Positions 12,661 to 25,564 of a stretch of DNA of 64,000 nt are shown in pieces; the first letter of the stretch is position 1, and the number at the start of each line of letters is the position of its first letter. Source of the DNA: Lama guanicoe (lineage: Eukaryota); assembly GCA_013239625.1 (NCBI GenBank), contig MU053810.1:5302071-5366070 (forward strand), given 5' to 3'. The notes under the pieces are model-generated. The model was not told where the DNA came from. It saw only the letters and a list, made by a program, of their open reading frames with translations, and did not search any database. The position numbers were made by a program, and so were the translations under genes.

Positions 12661-14738
12661 ACCAGAGTTCTTTGAGACCAGAGTTCTTTGATATTCAACC
12701 TTTTAAGTATATAGTTGCACATGCAAACAGATCATTGCAGATTTGCAAGCCAAATGGTGACTTCCATTTACAAGTTTCCATTTTGTTTTTAGATGTGAGT
12801 CTTCTGCCAGGATAAAATAAAACCATTTGCAAATGTGACAGGTAGACCAGTCCATGGTATATGTAAATCCCCTAAAGGAATTAAGCATCATTAGGACATA
12901 CTGCAAAAGAAGTTTCCGAGGTTTTTTTTCCTCATCATTTTTCTTGAGAACAAGCATGGGTCTTCTTGTCAAATGCAGATATTTAATATACCTGACTCAT
13001 TGTGTGTAATGGGTTTTAGAGTCCCTCTGAAACCAGTTGTTAATTGTGCTTTGTGAATGGATAAACAAATCCCTTCTCTTGAAAGTTAATGATGGCAAAA
13101 GCTATGCATTCCTGAGAGAGGAAAAATACTTGAATTGCAATTTGCCTTCAAAAGAGACATCACCAAGTGTCTTCAATGAATGAACATTTAATTTCTGTAT
13201 TTGAATTGTGGATTGTTAACAATGAAAGGACTTTGAAATTTGTAGCATTTTGTAGAAACATTGGATCTTGAGCTTTCTTTTTCAGGATGTACATTTATGA
13301 ACCATATTGCAGGTAAACATTGAAATAGCCAGTAGTATATCTTTAATGTCATCAACAAGAAGCCATTTTCAGAATACAGATGGAAATGGGCAGAGAAGTC
13401 TTTGTATGGAACAAGAGTGTAAAGTATAGGAGAGAAAAAAATCTTAGTCTCCAAGGATGGTTTATAGACCCTTTGTGACAAGTCCTTATCGTATATAATT
13501 ACTACATGGTACATGATATTAGTATTTATCCACTTTCCTCCCCGATGTGTTCTAACATTCTCTGTGAACACCCATTTTTTTAAAGCTTCAGCTTGACTAG
13601 GAATACAATTATGGGGATGGACTCAAGTTTAAAATATTTATTTACTATCACTTTCTAAAATGTTCAGAAATCCTAATTAGCGATTGACCGTCATAACTAC
13701 CTCTCAGTTCATTAATAGAACTTGCAGGGACCATTATCTGTAGACAAGTCACCGTCAATATGTAGACTTCATGCATCTCAGGGAATTTCTTTCTTGTACC
13801 TTATTGAAAATTTTCAAAAAAATTAATAATAGTATGTTAAAGAGTTGCATCTTAGTTAAAGATTATTTTCCAGAAAATTACAGCTCCTTGACTATCATGT
13901 CTAGGCAGTCTCTGATCTGAGTTGAGGGACTTGCTAAGCATGGAGGTAAAAAAGGAAATTACTTCTACTTCAAGGTTTCCAAATATCTGGCAAGAATCTT
14001 AGCAACATTTCTCCTAATACTACCTCTGGGCAAGGCTATTTTGCTAACATTTCTTCTCTTGTTTTTTCCTACCTTTTACTTCAGTGTTAACATACTTAAT
14101 CTATCATTTCACCCGCTCTAGTCTCAGGGTATAAATCAAGATCTGTAAAATTGTTCAGTAACAGAATTTAATTGCCCTGGAGGAAAAGGGGACTTTTCTC
14201 TCTTGAAAGCCAGAGGGAAATGGTGGCATTTAAACTCTTGTCGGGAATTTTAAAAAGAGAAAAAGCAAAATATATGCTCTTAAACATTAATTCATATGGA
14301 CCTTTATTTTCCTTCAAAACTTGCTGACTGAAAAGATTTTTTTTAAACATGGATGGATTCAGAGCAAGTGAAATGCTGTAATCAGATGTGGTTTGAGCTT
14401 TGGCATTTTATATTTGTACCTTTTGGAAAGACTTTCTGTAGAACTCTCTGGTATTTTAGTATGTATCCAAGAGAGATTATGGTTCGTATGTCATCCATAG
14501 TCATCCAAAAGAGTGCCAAGTAGTCTCAAAAGCTGGGTTTTCTTACCAAATGAGGCAGACATGGAAAGTTCAGACAGGTCACCCAAATTAAGATCAAAGC
14601 TTCCAGACCAGATGAGAATCTCCTTAAACTTTTTTGAAATATTGATTTTCATTGTTTATCTGTTTCCATAGGTTTAAAAAGTTAGTCTGTTGTTATAGCT
14701 TTTGTCAAGTACATATTTTCTGCCTTAAAAACAGATTG

Positions 14739-14836
14739 GGGGGTGGAGATGAAAATAGATCAGTGGTGGAGCACATGCTTAGCGTGCAGGAGATGCTGAG
14801 TTCAATCCCCAGCACCTTCATTAAAAAAAAACAAAC
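14739..14836 (+). mobile_element. tRNA-derived SINE (camelid vic-1-like)
   Basis: atagatcagtggtggagcacatgcttagc...gagttcaatccccagcacc with A/B boxes and an A-rich tail. Confidence 0.85.
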
Positions 14837-16934
14837 ACAGAATCAGTAATGTGGTATCTTTTATGACAAAGGGAGCATGATATCCACATATTCTACTGTA
14901 TGTTTGCATCACATGCAGTGACTATTTTATGCCTAATTGGACATTTTTAGTGTTGGCATTTTCCATTTTTTTCTAATTCATTAGAAACGTATTGGCCATA
15001 ATAGACAGAGGTGAATTTCAGAAAATTAGATTAGATATAAAGGTGGTCTTTGTGGATGTTTGTATATCCTCTACAATAATGAGATGACCTTGCTTCTTGT
15101 CCCAGTTCTGACATCACATTCATGTGGCTTTGGATAAGTTAACATCCTCCCTGGGCCAACGTTCCCTCATAACTAAAAGGAGTTAATGATTTTATCTCTT
15201 CCAGTGTTAGGAGGAGTAAATAGGAGAGGGGGAAAGACATGAGAAAGGTTAGGATACAATGGATGTCAATGAAAGTAAACGCTGCGTTGGACTTTCAGCC
15301 AGAGCATCCTGAGAGACACAGGATCAGGGACTGACTTCTAGCAGCGCATCTTTCCCTCAAGGGAAAGTTATCAAAGAGCCAGTTATTTTGATCTTAAAAA
15401 AAAAAACAGCAAGGAAACTGTTACAAAACTCCACAGAAAACATTGTATTTCATGTGAATGGTGGCTCCTGGAGCTGTGTAATACTCATGATGTTTTCCTG
15501 GGGGTGATGCTCTCTACTTAATCAAAATAAAGGATGCTTGGTTTCCTCACTGGGAGTGGGGCCATTGCCAGAGGCTAGAAGCTCTTATAAACATACATAT
15601 TCAATTCTAACACGTGTTAGACACGATAAGCAGATGGAGGGTCTATAAGCTTAGGCTAGTGAGAAAAATAATTGATCAAACAATTGTTTTTAAAAATTGT
15701 GGCATTTTTGGATTTAGTCAGGGCAGAAAAATTGAGATTTGCAGGAATTCTCAAGACACAAATTCTATCTCTGTGTTTTTTGTATATAAAACTTTTTTTT
15801 GCTATTAAATCTACTCTAATCAAGACCTACTTCTTCCCATCCAAAGATTCTGAGTGGAAGTTTGAGGCAAAGATGGGAATTAGAAAATAAGCCAACTCAA
15901 ATGTAGGTTCGTTAAGACACTGATGATGTGAAAATGTATCCCAAGATCTATCCATTGAACTGGAACCATTTTCACCACCGTGTTTATATCTTGTCTGAAA
16001 TATTTTGTCTCCACAACAATTCGCCCCAAGTAAGCATGATGGTTCAGTAAATGACCCATAGTTTATGAGCATTTGTCAAGAGAATCATTCCAGAAACTTC
16101 TACTACTTTATCAAAGATGAACAACAGCCAGGTGGCCCTAGAGACAGTAGAGGTGAGTAGAGGTGTGGCTGTTAATTCAGCCACATCTTGTAAATGATTA
16201 TTAATGATCTCATTTGAAGAACAAAGAGGAGAGAGAAAAACACCGTGTCTTATTTCAGTATTTGAAAATAAGGTTAATCAAAGTTTGAGTCTTTACAATG
16301 ATGACCAGAGATGGCTTAATGGTGTCTTAGAGATATAGTCTGAGATACAAATTACTAAGAAGTAAGGAAACCCATTGTCCCTGTTGCCCAGTCTTGGAGT
16401 AAACTATTGAAAATTGCTTATAAACTATTGAGAAGTAAAGGTAATGGGGAACTCCAGTGCACAGAGCTTGTTAATCCCTCAAAAATACTCTCAATTGCAA
16501 GCTCTTCGAGAACACATACTGCATTCTATGGATGTTCAAAATATCATTTTAAATTTATAATGAACCATGAAGGATTTCTTTAAAGTAGCACGGTTAATTA
16601 ACCTCATGTTTAAACAGAGCAGAAAAATACCCAAATAGCACATAACTTATGGCTATCCATCTGGGAGGGCATTTTTGGATCCTCCTTTGGTTTCTTTTTT
16701 CCCCACTGCTCCATGCTAAGGTGTGAGGTGGTAGGTTGCAATAATCTTAATCCTTCTCCCATCGATTTTGCTAATTAAAAGGGAGGACTATCCAACTCAA
16801 GCACACCCACACAGAACATTCAGGATGCTTCCATACAGGCATTAAAAATACATAAGGCTGTTTTCCATTGCTAAATTTCTAAAAGCCCTTGCATGTTTTA
16901 TGTTTGACCTTTTTCCTCAGTAGGTAAAAGAATC

Positions 16935-17130
16935 CAGTAGTTCTCAACCAGAGGTGAATTTTACCCCCCAGGGTGTATTTGACAACGTCAGGAGACGTTC
17001 TTGGTTGTGGCAGAGGCACAACTAACATCTAATGGATAGAAACCAGCAGTGCTGCCCAACCCTCTATGATACACAGCAGAACCCTCACGGCCAAGAACGA
17101 TCCAGCCCAACATGTCCATAATGCCAACAT
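16935..17130. mobile_element. MER20-like hAT-Charlie DNA transposon
   Basis: cagtagttctcaaccagaggtgaattttaccccccaggg...gatccagcccaacatgtccataatgcc resembles the MER20 consensus. Confidence 0.8.
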
Positions 17131-17811
17131 TCGGTCTCCAATCCACGTTGACCTGAGCCTGTGCTCCAATGGAAATGACTGTCCTGAAAGAGAGTCACTC
17201 TGACCTTCACAGGTTGAGGGATTCAAAAAAAAAAATGTGAGACAGAAACACGTTGAGGCACTTCACACAGATGTTTGAGTGAGCATCTCCCTCTGAATGG
17301 CGTTACGGCATTTCACAAACGTAAAACGGCTGCCATTTCTCTCTCTGGGAATAAAACACAGCCTTAGGAGATGATGTCTTTATTCTTCTAAAGGTCAGGA
17401 AGACCTCGGTCATCATTTTGAAAAGAAGCAAACGCTATGTAACACTCAGTGCATTTGGCAGCTTCCTTTACTGCACAGTCAAAAAACACTACCTTTCATC
17501 TATTATCTGTTTCCCACTTAAGCATTTTCTGAAAATAAAGGTAGGAAGACTTGGGTTTGCTTTCAGCTGATAACTACGTCATTATAAGACCTCTGGCATC
17601 ACCAGCATCCTTCTAATCACATTCAAATGGCATGATTTATCTTACGTTTTAAAATTTTGGTAAGAGTACATATTAAACATTTTGTAACTGTTTGGGGAAT
17701 TTGAAAGGTTATTGAGTTCTGAATAACAGAGTCTCTCATGTTTTCCCACCAAACTTTTCCCAGCAGTGAATATATCTGGATCTTATTCTGGTTTTTTTGT
17801 TCTTTTTTTAG

Positions 17812-17937
<126 letters not shown>

Positions 17938-19136
17938 TAAGAGTCTCAAAATCCTTCAGAAATCAATTTCTATGGCTTCATTTTATTTCTTTTGTTCTAC
18001 TCTATAGTGACATGTAAATTAAATATTTTTATCTTAGGTGAGGTCTGTGTCTTTTAGTTTGTTAACTTATTACTTGTATAATGCAATTTTACTCCTGTAG
18101 TGTATAAATGTCAGGTTGTCCTTAACTGAAATTGTGTTTTTAGTTTCCAACACCGTGAAGGAACTCACACCTTTTTAGTAATTAGTAAACTAAATTAATT
18201 CTAGTAAAACTTTCAAAAAATACTGTTTCCCTAATAAAAGATGTTTGTTGTATTTGAAGTGGACAGATGTCTATTGGAATAAAATCTGCTGCAAATTCTT
18301 TGATGTCAAAAATATATTGTGTGTATGTGATTATAAACCATAAGCGAACTAAATTACAAACAAATATAATAAAATCTAGTTTCAATGTGATGGTTTGTAT
18401 TACCTTCTATTACTGAATGTCAGATTCTGAATCAACTCTAACAAAACCAATATAATATAGATCACCTGGAAGCAAGACCCACTGGCTCAGAAATGCTCAT
18501 AAATAAGCAAACTTGGGAAGTTTAAAGGCCAATATGTCAGCACTTTTCTCTATAATCACCAAAGGCAAACTTTTCTAGGCAAAGAAAATTCGAAACAGAA
18601 GATGACGTTTAAAATTTTTTTTAACATAACAAAGCTTGAGTCGGGGGCGGTAGATTAACATGTAAACTCTCTCAGATGTAACAGGGTATGTTTATGAGAA
18701 TAATCTTACTGGCATGTGAAATATGTTTTATATTCTTTCTAAGGCAACATAGAACCCTAAACATTATTTCAGTAGGTAAGTTCATGAAATGTACAAGGAA
18801 CATTACTGATAACCTAGCAAAATTGTTAAAATAGAAAATAACTCTGGCTTTAGTCATTTTTCTTGGAAAACAGATGCCTAATACTTTTCTTATTTTTTAA
18901 TGACATATCTTGACAAGGGGGGAAAAATGTCCATTTTACTGCCAAAATGACTCATAGCACTCAATCAAATATATCTCTCCTCTCACCAGTACATAATCTT
19001 TCTCACGTCTACACAAACAAAATCTTTTTCTGCTACTTTTCTTTGATTTCAAAACGAGGTGGGTTTCTTCACTTTTCCTTTGGAGCTTCATTCAAGGGGG
19101 CATTTTGATACAGTGCATTAATTCTCAGACACAGGC

Positions 19137-20640
19137 TTTTTTTTTTGTTTTTTGTTTTTAAAGGGACAACATTTATTCCTTTTCCAAATGTTACAGTAAA
19201 ACCAGGTGGAAGAGAATGGTTTTAGCAGTTAGGGAAAAAAAAAGTACAAACCTGGGGTTTGGCCATGAAAAGTTATTTACAACAATGGGAGGGGGGAAAA
19301 AAAAAGACAAGAAGTTGTTTCACATTACAGACCTCCCCCCGGACCCCAAAGCTTAATGCTTGCTTAGCAAGTCAAAAAAGAGACATGGTTGATTCACAAG
19401 CTGGAGGTTTGAACTTGAGTAAGACATTTGTAAAAACCTAGACAGGGGCAGTGTCCACCCCAGCCCAGGTGCCACTAGGCACAGCACAAAGAGACTAAAA
19501 ACTCAACGGGGGAAGGCTGGACACGCAGGGTTTGGGAGTGTAGGCACCCCCACACCTGGCTCAGGGATCTGGGGAGTAAACAAAGCCTACTTGGAAAAGA
19601 ATTGGGGAAGAAAACCAACAATTGCCTCTTGCAGGGGTAGGGATAGGGAAGGAGGCAGGCCCAGAGCAGGAGCATGTCACATCACTAACCTAACTTGGGA
19701 AGCTGCAAGGGACCATCTTCAACCGGCCTTAAGAGGAAGACCAGCTGGATGATGGGAGAACCCACAGGAGGGAGAGGAGCAGAGGGAACCTGGCTAGGGG
19801 CCAACAGCCCCTTCCTTTCCGGGCACAGGAAGGCAGCCAGGGCACCAGGTCCAGGCAGTGACCTCACAAGGACAGCACAGTTTCTGCAGCTTAGAGATCA
19901 CCCACCTGCCCCCACCCAGCTACTCATTCTGCTCGCTTGTTTGTGTAGGGCCACTCTCCAGCCCCGAGGGGGCGGACGGCTCTGCGGCCTGGGGCCCTGC
20001 CTCTTCTTCTGTGTCTGCTCCCTTGGAGGCAGCGCTTGCCTCTGCCCCTTTGGCCTGGGGCTCCTGGCTCTGAGGGGTGGCAACAGCTTTCCCTTCCTGG
20101 GTAGTGCCTTCCTCGCTGCAGGCACCGACTTCCCCTGCTCCTGCTCTTCCTCTGTGGGTGAGGAGGCAGACCAATCGCCCCCACCCTGCTTCCGATTTCT
20201 TTTGAAGGACAGGCCACTCGATTTGAAAGGCTTCTTGAAAAAGAATTTCTTCTTCTTCTAGGGGATCTCCTTGGAGGGGGGCTCCCCCTTGGCTTCAGCG
20301 CCCTGGCTAAGGGGGTGCTGGCTCGATGGCATCGCCAGCGGCCCCGGCTGCCTCCCCTGTTCCGTTCACCCGGGGCGACTCCCCTTCGCCTCTGGGGGAC
20401 AAGTCTCCATTGCTTTTCACGTGGCCGTTCTCCTGTCCATTGGCCTTAGCGGGGGGGGGCGCCTGCTGCCTCCTCGGCGGGCACGTCGCCCCGGGGAGCC
20501 TTGGCGCTCTGGCTGCCCATGGAGGGGAGGGATGGTCTGCTGGGGGGCGCCTGAGCTCGGTCGGGTGGGCCTGGCCGGCGGAGGGGTGTCGGGGGGGAAA
20601 CCGAGCTGCGCGCCCGCCGCCGCTCCGCGCCGCGCCAGAG
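19137..20640 (-). pseudogene. MARCKSL1: MARCKS-like 1 (MARCKSL1/MRP) processed pseudogene, full-length mRNA copy
   Basis: ATG at 20520: MGSQSAKAPRGDVPAEEAAG...AKANGQENGHVKSNGDLSP...KKKKFFFKKPFKSSGLSFKRNRK...SEQNE, stop at 19920-19922. Intronless across the GQ/ENG junction. 3'UTR ~760 bp, AATAAA at 19172-19177, poly(A) at 19137-19159. TSD tcagaca[c/t]aggct at 19125-19137 and 20641-20653. Three frameshifts (~20455, ~20309, ~20133) and one nonsense codon (20258-20260). Confidence 0.97.
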
Positions 20641-21065
20641 TCAGACATAGGCTGATGTTAGGGCCAGCGGACCATTTGCTACTTGCGGACGGCTGGGCTT
20701 CCTCTGTCGAGTTTCTAATGCTGTAAGCCCGCGGTGGGGCTTGATTCTGAGCAACTTGCAGGTGATCCTGCTGGTTGCCCACCGCCCCCCCCCCCGCCTT
20801 TGAGCTCCACAAGCATGTTGGATAGCAGACGCACCTGTCTCGAGAAAGAGCAGGCGCGTGACCCTGTTGCCCAAGAGCTGTGTGCTTTTGATTACATTGA
20901 TTAACTCCCTCCAAACCTCACACCAGGCCTGAGTTCCTAGATTGAACCCCCCTGCTCTTCCGCCCTGGCTTGTGAGCATCGGATCGGTTGCAGGAGTCAC
21001 CGGATAAGGAGTCCACAGAAAGCACATTTATTCGTACCTGCCTTGAAACGTAAGCGGACCCGACT
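20281..21065. promoter_or_regulatory. CpG-island-like segment covering the retrocopy 5' half and the unique flank
   Basis: About 35 CpG in 20281-20640 and about 20 CpG in 20641-21062 (hand count); GC-box-like ccgccccc motifs near 20782-20798. Confidence 0.55.
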
Positions 21066-22369
21066 TGTGGAGTTTTGCCATTCTTTGGTTGGAGAGTAAT
21101 ATGCAGCTGAACCAAACCTCCTTTGTGCTGGTCACCATGATGTGGCGATTGCCCACAAGAAGCGCCTGGTACCAGCTGTGTTAGGGTTTCTATGAGCAGG
21201 TTCTGATGTGGGCATGAAGCCTTAATTTAAGCCAATTTCATTAGAAAGGCACTGACGGATGACTTTGTTCCAAGTTCAAGTTTTGAGTAGTTTGGGGCTG
21301 GCTAAATTGAAAATCTTGGTGTGAGCTACTCACTCCATAACCTTCAAGATGGAGTGGGTTTAACTTGACCATTGGGTGAGGGGGTGCCTCGGGCGTGGAG
21401 AGGCTAACAGGAGTCAGCTGTTGGAAGAATTTGGAGGGACGTCCTCAGTGAGTATTTTGCAACCCTGTTGCCAGTGTGCCCCTATTGTAAGCAGAGACCT
21501 GGTGTCAGAGGTCATCTTCAGGGGTCATCTGAAGAATAGGATGCCGTAGCTCTCAAGGGCATCTTTCCAGGCTCATCACCCTCCCACCCACTGTGCTACC
21601 TTACAGCTGGCTCTTTGGTAATCCACATCAGCAACCCAGTAGCTTGAGATGAACCTCCAGCCTCCAGCAATCAAAATTTCTAGAAATTCTCTTTTCCTTA
21701 AAACTGAGTGGTAATGATAAAAATATTATGACAACCATTTACCTTCTAAATATGGACAGAGTCTAAATTTGGGGTGGCTGAACACGGTCATCCCTTGAAG
21801 TCATCTCAGTTATGTGTTACTCACTGAGCTTTGGGGTAAATGGTGTTTTCCTTGAAACCAGATTTCTCAATAATGTTCAGAGTATTTCTGTTTATGAGAC
21901 CTAAATTTAGGATTCTACTGTATTTCTACTTGGTGATTGATTCGTTTTTTAGTCACTGAACTAGAAAGGCGCCTGGAGGCAAAAAAAAAAAAAAAAAACA
22001 GAGCAAGTCATACAGAATTCTTATTTGCCCATCCATCACCCACTGACTGAGCCCTCTTTAGGGAAAGGGGAATTGGCACCATGTCACTGTGAGGCTGAAT
22101 TCAGGGCCTGGGAAAGTGGTTCCACTGATGTGTGCTGACCAGAACCAGAGTGTTCTATAAACATATCCATAATTTACAGCCACTACCACCCCTCCACCAC
22201 TCCTTCCAGAACCCAGACTTTGGAGGTGAGACTGCCTCTCTCTGAATGACCCACCTCTCAGAATACTGCCCTTTTACAAGTTCCTTTCCTCTTCCAAGCT
22301 GGAGGGGAGGATGCTGATCACTAGGGAGGGTAGGACTGGACTAATCAGCTTGGGACTCTTGTGTGATCA

Positions 22370-22580
22370 TTGAGAATTCAGGTTCTAAACTGGCAACTGG
22401 TTCAAATCCCAGCAATGCCACTTAATAACCTTATAGATTCTTTGGACAATTTTATTTTTGTAAAATAGGGCTAAGAATAGACCCTACCTCGTTAGGTTGT
22501 GGTGAGATCAATATGGGGTACTTACTGTTCAGGAAGCACTGTGCCTGGGGAATACCAATGGCTCAGTAAACATTAAATCA
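22370..22580 (+). mobile_element. MIR SINE
   Basis: ctggttcaaatcccagc...tgtaaaatagggctaagaatagaccctacctcgttaggttgtggtgag MIR core. Confidence 0.8.
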
Positions 22581-23380
22581 TCTTCATCATCATGTCCCCT
22601 TCTTTCATCACATTTTCACAGTTTACCTCTCAGGGCTGCACATTGGGCTATGAAATGTCTTTTCTTGGTAGAGAATGGAGATTCAACCTTTTTATGTCTT
22701 TATAATCTTTTACTGAAGCCTCCAAACTAGCCTCACCAGTCACTCAAATCTGTCCTTAATGTTTTTTTTTTTCACCTTGGCTCACTTCCAGAGCTAGAGA
22801 GATGGGGAAGGGGGAGCTCTGGTTGACCCCACTCTGCCCATCTCCCCAGGGACACCTTCCTCCATGTGACGTAATGCTCACACCCAGCATGAGCCCCTCT
22901 CTTATTGTTTATCCCTTTAATAAGTGAAACCTATCATGTTCAACTCTGATCACACATGTAAGGGTATGGAATACAGAGTGAATAATGGAACCTGATAGAG
23001 AAGAACCTTTCTGGAGATCATGGTTGTCATCACAACTTGATTTCAATTCAGACCCCAAAGGACTTCAACTGGTTACCCCTGTTGCCAGTGCACCTGCTGA
23101 GGGAGTGCCACCAGCTCTGAGAAGAGTCCAGGGTCAATGAGACATTTCCCTCTGGAGTCCTGGCTGGTTCAGACAGGGCAGATGCCCCCCAGATGGAGGC
23201 ACACACAGCACACCCTGGACAGGGAGTGCACCATGGACAGCAGTGCCACCTCATCCAGTGGATATTCATAGGGCACTAGCACCCCTTTGTGTGGGAGGAA
23301 TGAACCCCACATGGTCAAGCTTTTACCTTCATAGGTACCTCAACAGGTGACTGGGTAAAGAAGTTGTGATATACTGAAAA

Positions 23381-23868
23381 GAATGGAATACTACTCAGCC
23401 ATAAAAAATGAATAAAAGAATGCCATTTGCAACAACATGGATGGACCTAGAAATCATCATTTTAAGTGAAGTAAACCAGAAAGAGGAAGAAAAATACCAT
23501 ATGATATCACTTGTATGTGGAATCTAAAAAGAAAAAGAAAAGAAGAAAAAGGACACTATGACACTCATCTAGAAAACAGAAACAGCCTCGCAGACATAGT
23601 AAACAGTCTTACGGTTACTGGGGAAAGAGGGTGGGAAGGGATAAATTTGACAGTTTGAGATTTACGAATGTTAGCCACTATATATAAAAATAAGTTTTAA
23701 AAAAGTTTCTGCTGTATAGCACAGGGAACTATATTCAATAGCCTGTAATAACCTTTAATGAAAAAGAATATGAAAACAAATATATGTATGTATATGCATG
23801 ACTGGGACACTGTGCTGTACACCAGAAGCTGACACATTATAACTGATGGTGCTTCAATTTAAAAAAAA
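23381..23868 (+). mobile_element. 5'-truncated L1 3' end (sense strand)
   Basis: aatggaatactactcagccataaaaa...gtatagcacagggaactatattcaata...tgtacaccagaa...cttcaatttaaaaaaaa. Confidence 0.9.
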
Positions 23869-24434
23869 GGACATTGTAGAAAGTTTGTGAGGCCAAAGAG
23901 ACCTTCCCAAATCCAAAGTGATCTGAGCCCATATGTCATGGCTTCTTTGAAGGGCCCACGAAATGTGTTTGCACATCTGCCCTCCCTCCCACCACAATGT
24001 TCACATCTCAGAGATAGATTCTGTGATAAGGACCTGGCCCTCAGTCACCCAGCCCACCCTCCACGACACTGCGTAACCCACTTTGCAAAGCCTCTTGTTC
24101 CTCAGAAGCTTTCTCTCCTTGTATGATAAGTCATATTGAACAATATAAAAAACATCTTCCTCTTCTCCTGCCACAGAGACAGGTGTTGCCAGCTGTGACC
24201 CACCTGGGTTCTCACCAATTCCCATCTGTACCCTTGACTTCACACAGAATTTTGGATAGTACCCAGGATTTCTGATTTATGGATTAGTTTTGTTTCATGA
24301 TCTCACCATTTCCCTTAAATAGCTATGCAGAGTGCCCACAGACTCAGCCCATAGCATCCTATAATGCTGGTGCTAAAACCAGCTGCAGAGATTCAATTCA
24401 ATTCTTTGATTTCATAATGGTGATGCAACAGCCA

Positions 24435-24780
24435 ATATTTGTTATAGCACTTGCTGAGTGCCAGACACTATTAGAAGTGCTTTATAAGACTTGTTTAATT
24501 TTCTTTAGAACCCTGAAAGTATAGGTGAAAACATTCTTTTCATCCCACTTTTACAGATGAAGAAACTGAGGCCTGGAGGAGTCAGTTTATTGGCCAAGAC
24601 TACAAAGCTAAGGCAGGCTGGCTCCAGAAGGTGTGATCTTAATCCCTACATCACACAGGCTCTACAGAGAAGAAACTGAGGTTTGGAGAGTCGACTCATA
24701 GTCCACGGTCTTCTATCTGTAAAGGAGTTGACTCAGGACTCAACTCCAGATCTGTGGCTTCTGGTCCAGCAATCTTAATA
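24435..24780 (-). mobile_element. MIR SINE fragments
   Basis: cccacttttacagatgaagaaactgaggc and tacagagaagaaactgagg MIR cores. Confidence 0.75.
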
Positions 24781-25011
24781 ATCTCTATTATCCTATCTGG
24801 TCCCAGTCAACCCTCCTCATCTGTATGGCTTCAGTCCTTTAAGGTTGCTTTCATTATTTTTGTTCATGTTCATTTCTTCCCATGAGGATCTACAGTATAT
24901 GCAGCAATTTTTTTATTTTAATGCAAGTATGATTTTACTACAACTTAATATCATTTAACAAATACATCTTTTAAAGTTCTAAAATTCCAAAAAGTTTCTA
25001 GACTTAAGGAT

Positions 25012-25517
25012 TTTTTTTTAAATTAAGATATAATTGGCATATAGCATTATTAGTTTCAGGTATACAATATAATGATTCAATGTTTGTACATATCGCTAAA
25101 TAATCACCCCAGAAGTCTAGGTAACATCCACCACCATACATAGTTAAAACTTTTTTTTTGTCTTGTGATGAGAATATTTAAGATCTACTCTCTTAGCAAC
25201 TTTCAAACATGCGATACAATATTATTAACTGCACTCACCATGCTGTATTACATTCCATGACTTATTTTATAACTAAAAGTTTATACCTTTGACCACCTTT
25301 TGCTCACCACCTACCCCTACCTCTGATCACCACTGACCTGTTCTAGGTACCTATGAGCTCATTTTTTTGTTTTGTTTTTTAGTCCACATATAAATGAAAT
25401 CATATAGTACTTATATTTCTCTGTCTGACCAATTTCACTTAGTGTAATGCCCTCAAGGTCCATCCATGTTATTGCAGATGGCAATATTTTATTCTTTTTA
25501 TGACTAAATACATTCCA

Positions 25518-25564
<47 letters not shown>

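Noticed and set aside
12661..12691. 16-bp tandem duplication accagagttctttga(g) x2 (similar: catctgtggac x2 at ~59095-59116)
   Set aside because: Ordinary slippage-type micro-duplications.
14739..14836. tRNA-like A/B box sequences (also at 52.8k and 54.9k)
   Set aside because: A-rich tails, degeneracy and TSDs on two of the copies show they are SINEs, not tRNA genes.
19695..20914. Long ORFs (109-188 aa) on both strands around 19.7-20.9 kb
   Set aside because: They are antisense or off-frame by-products of the GC-rich MARCKSL1 retrocopy. The true frame is broken into pieces.
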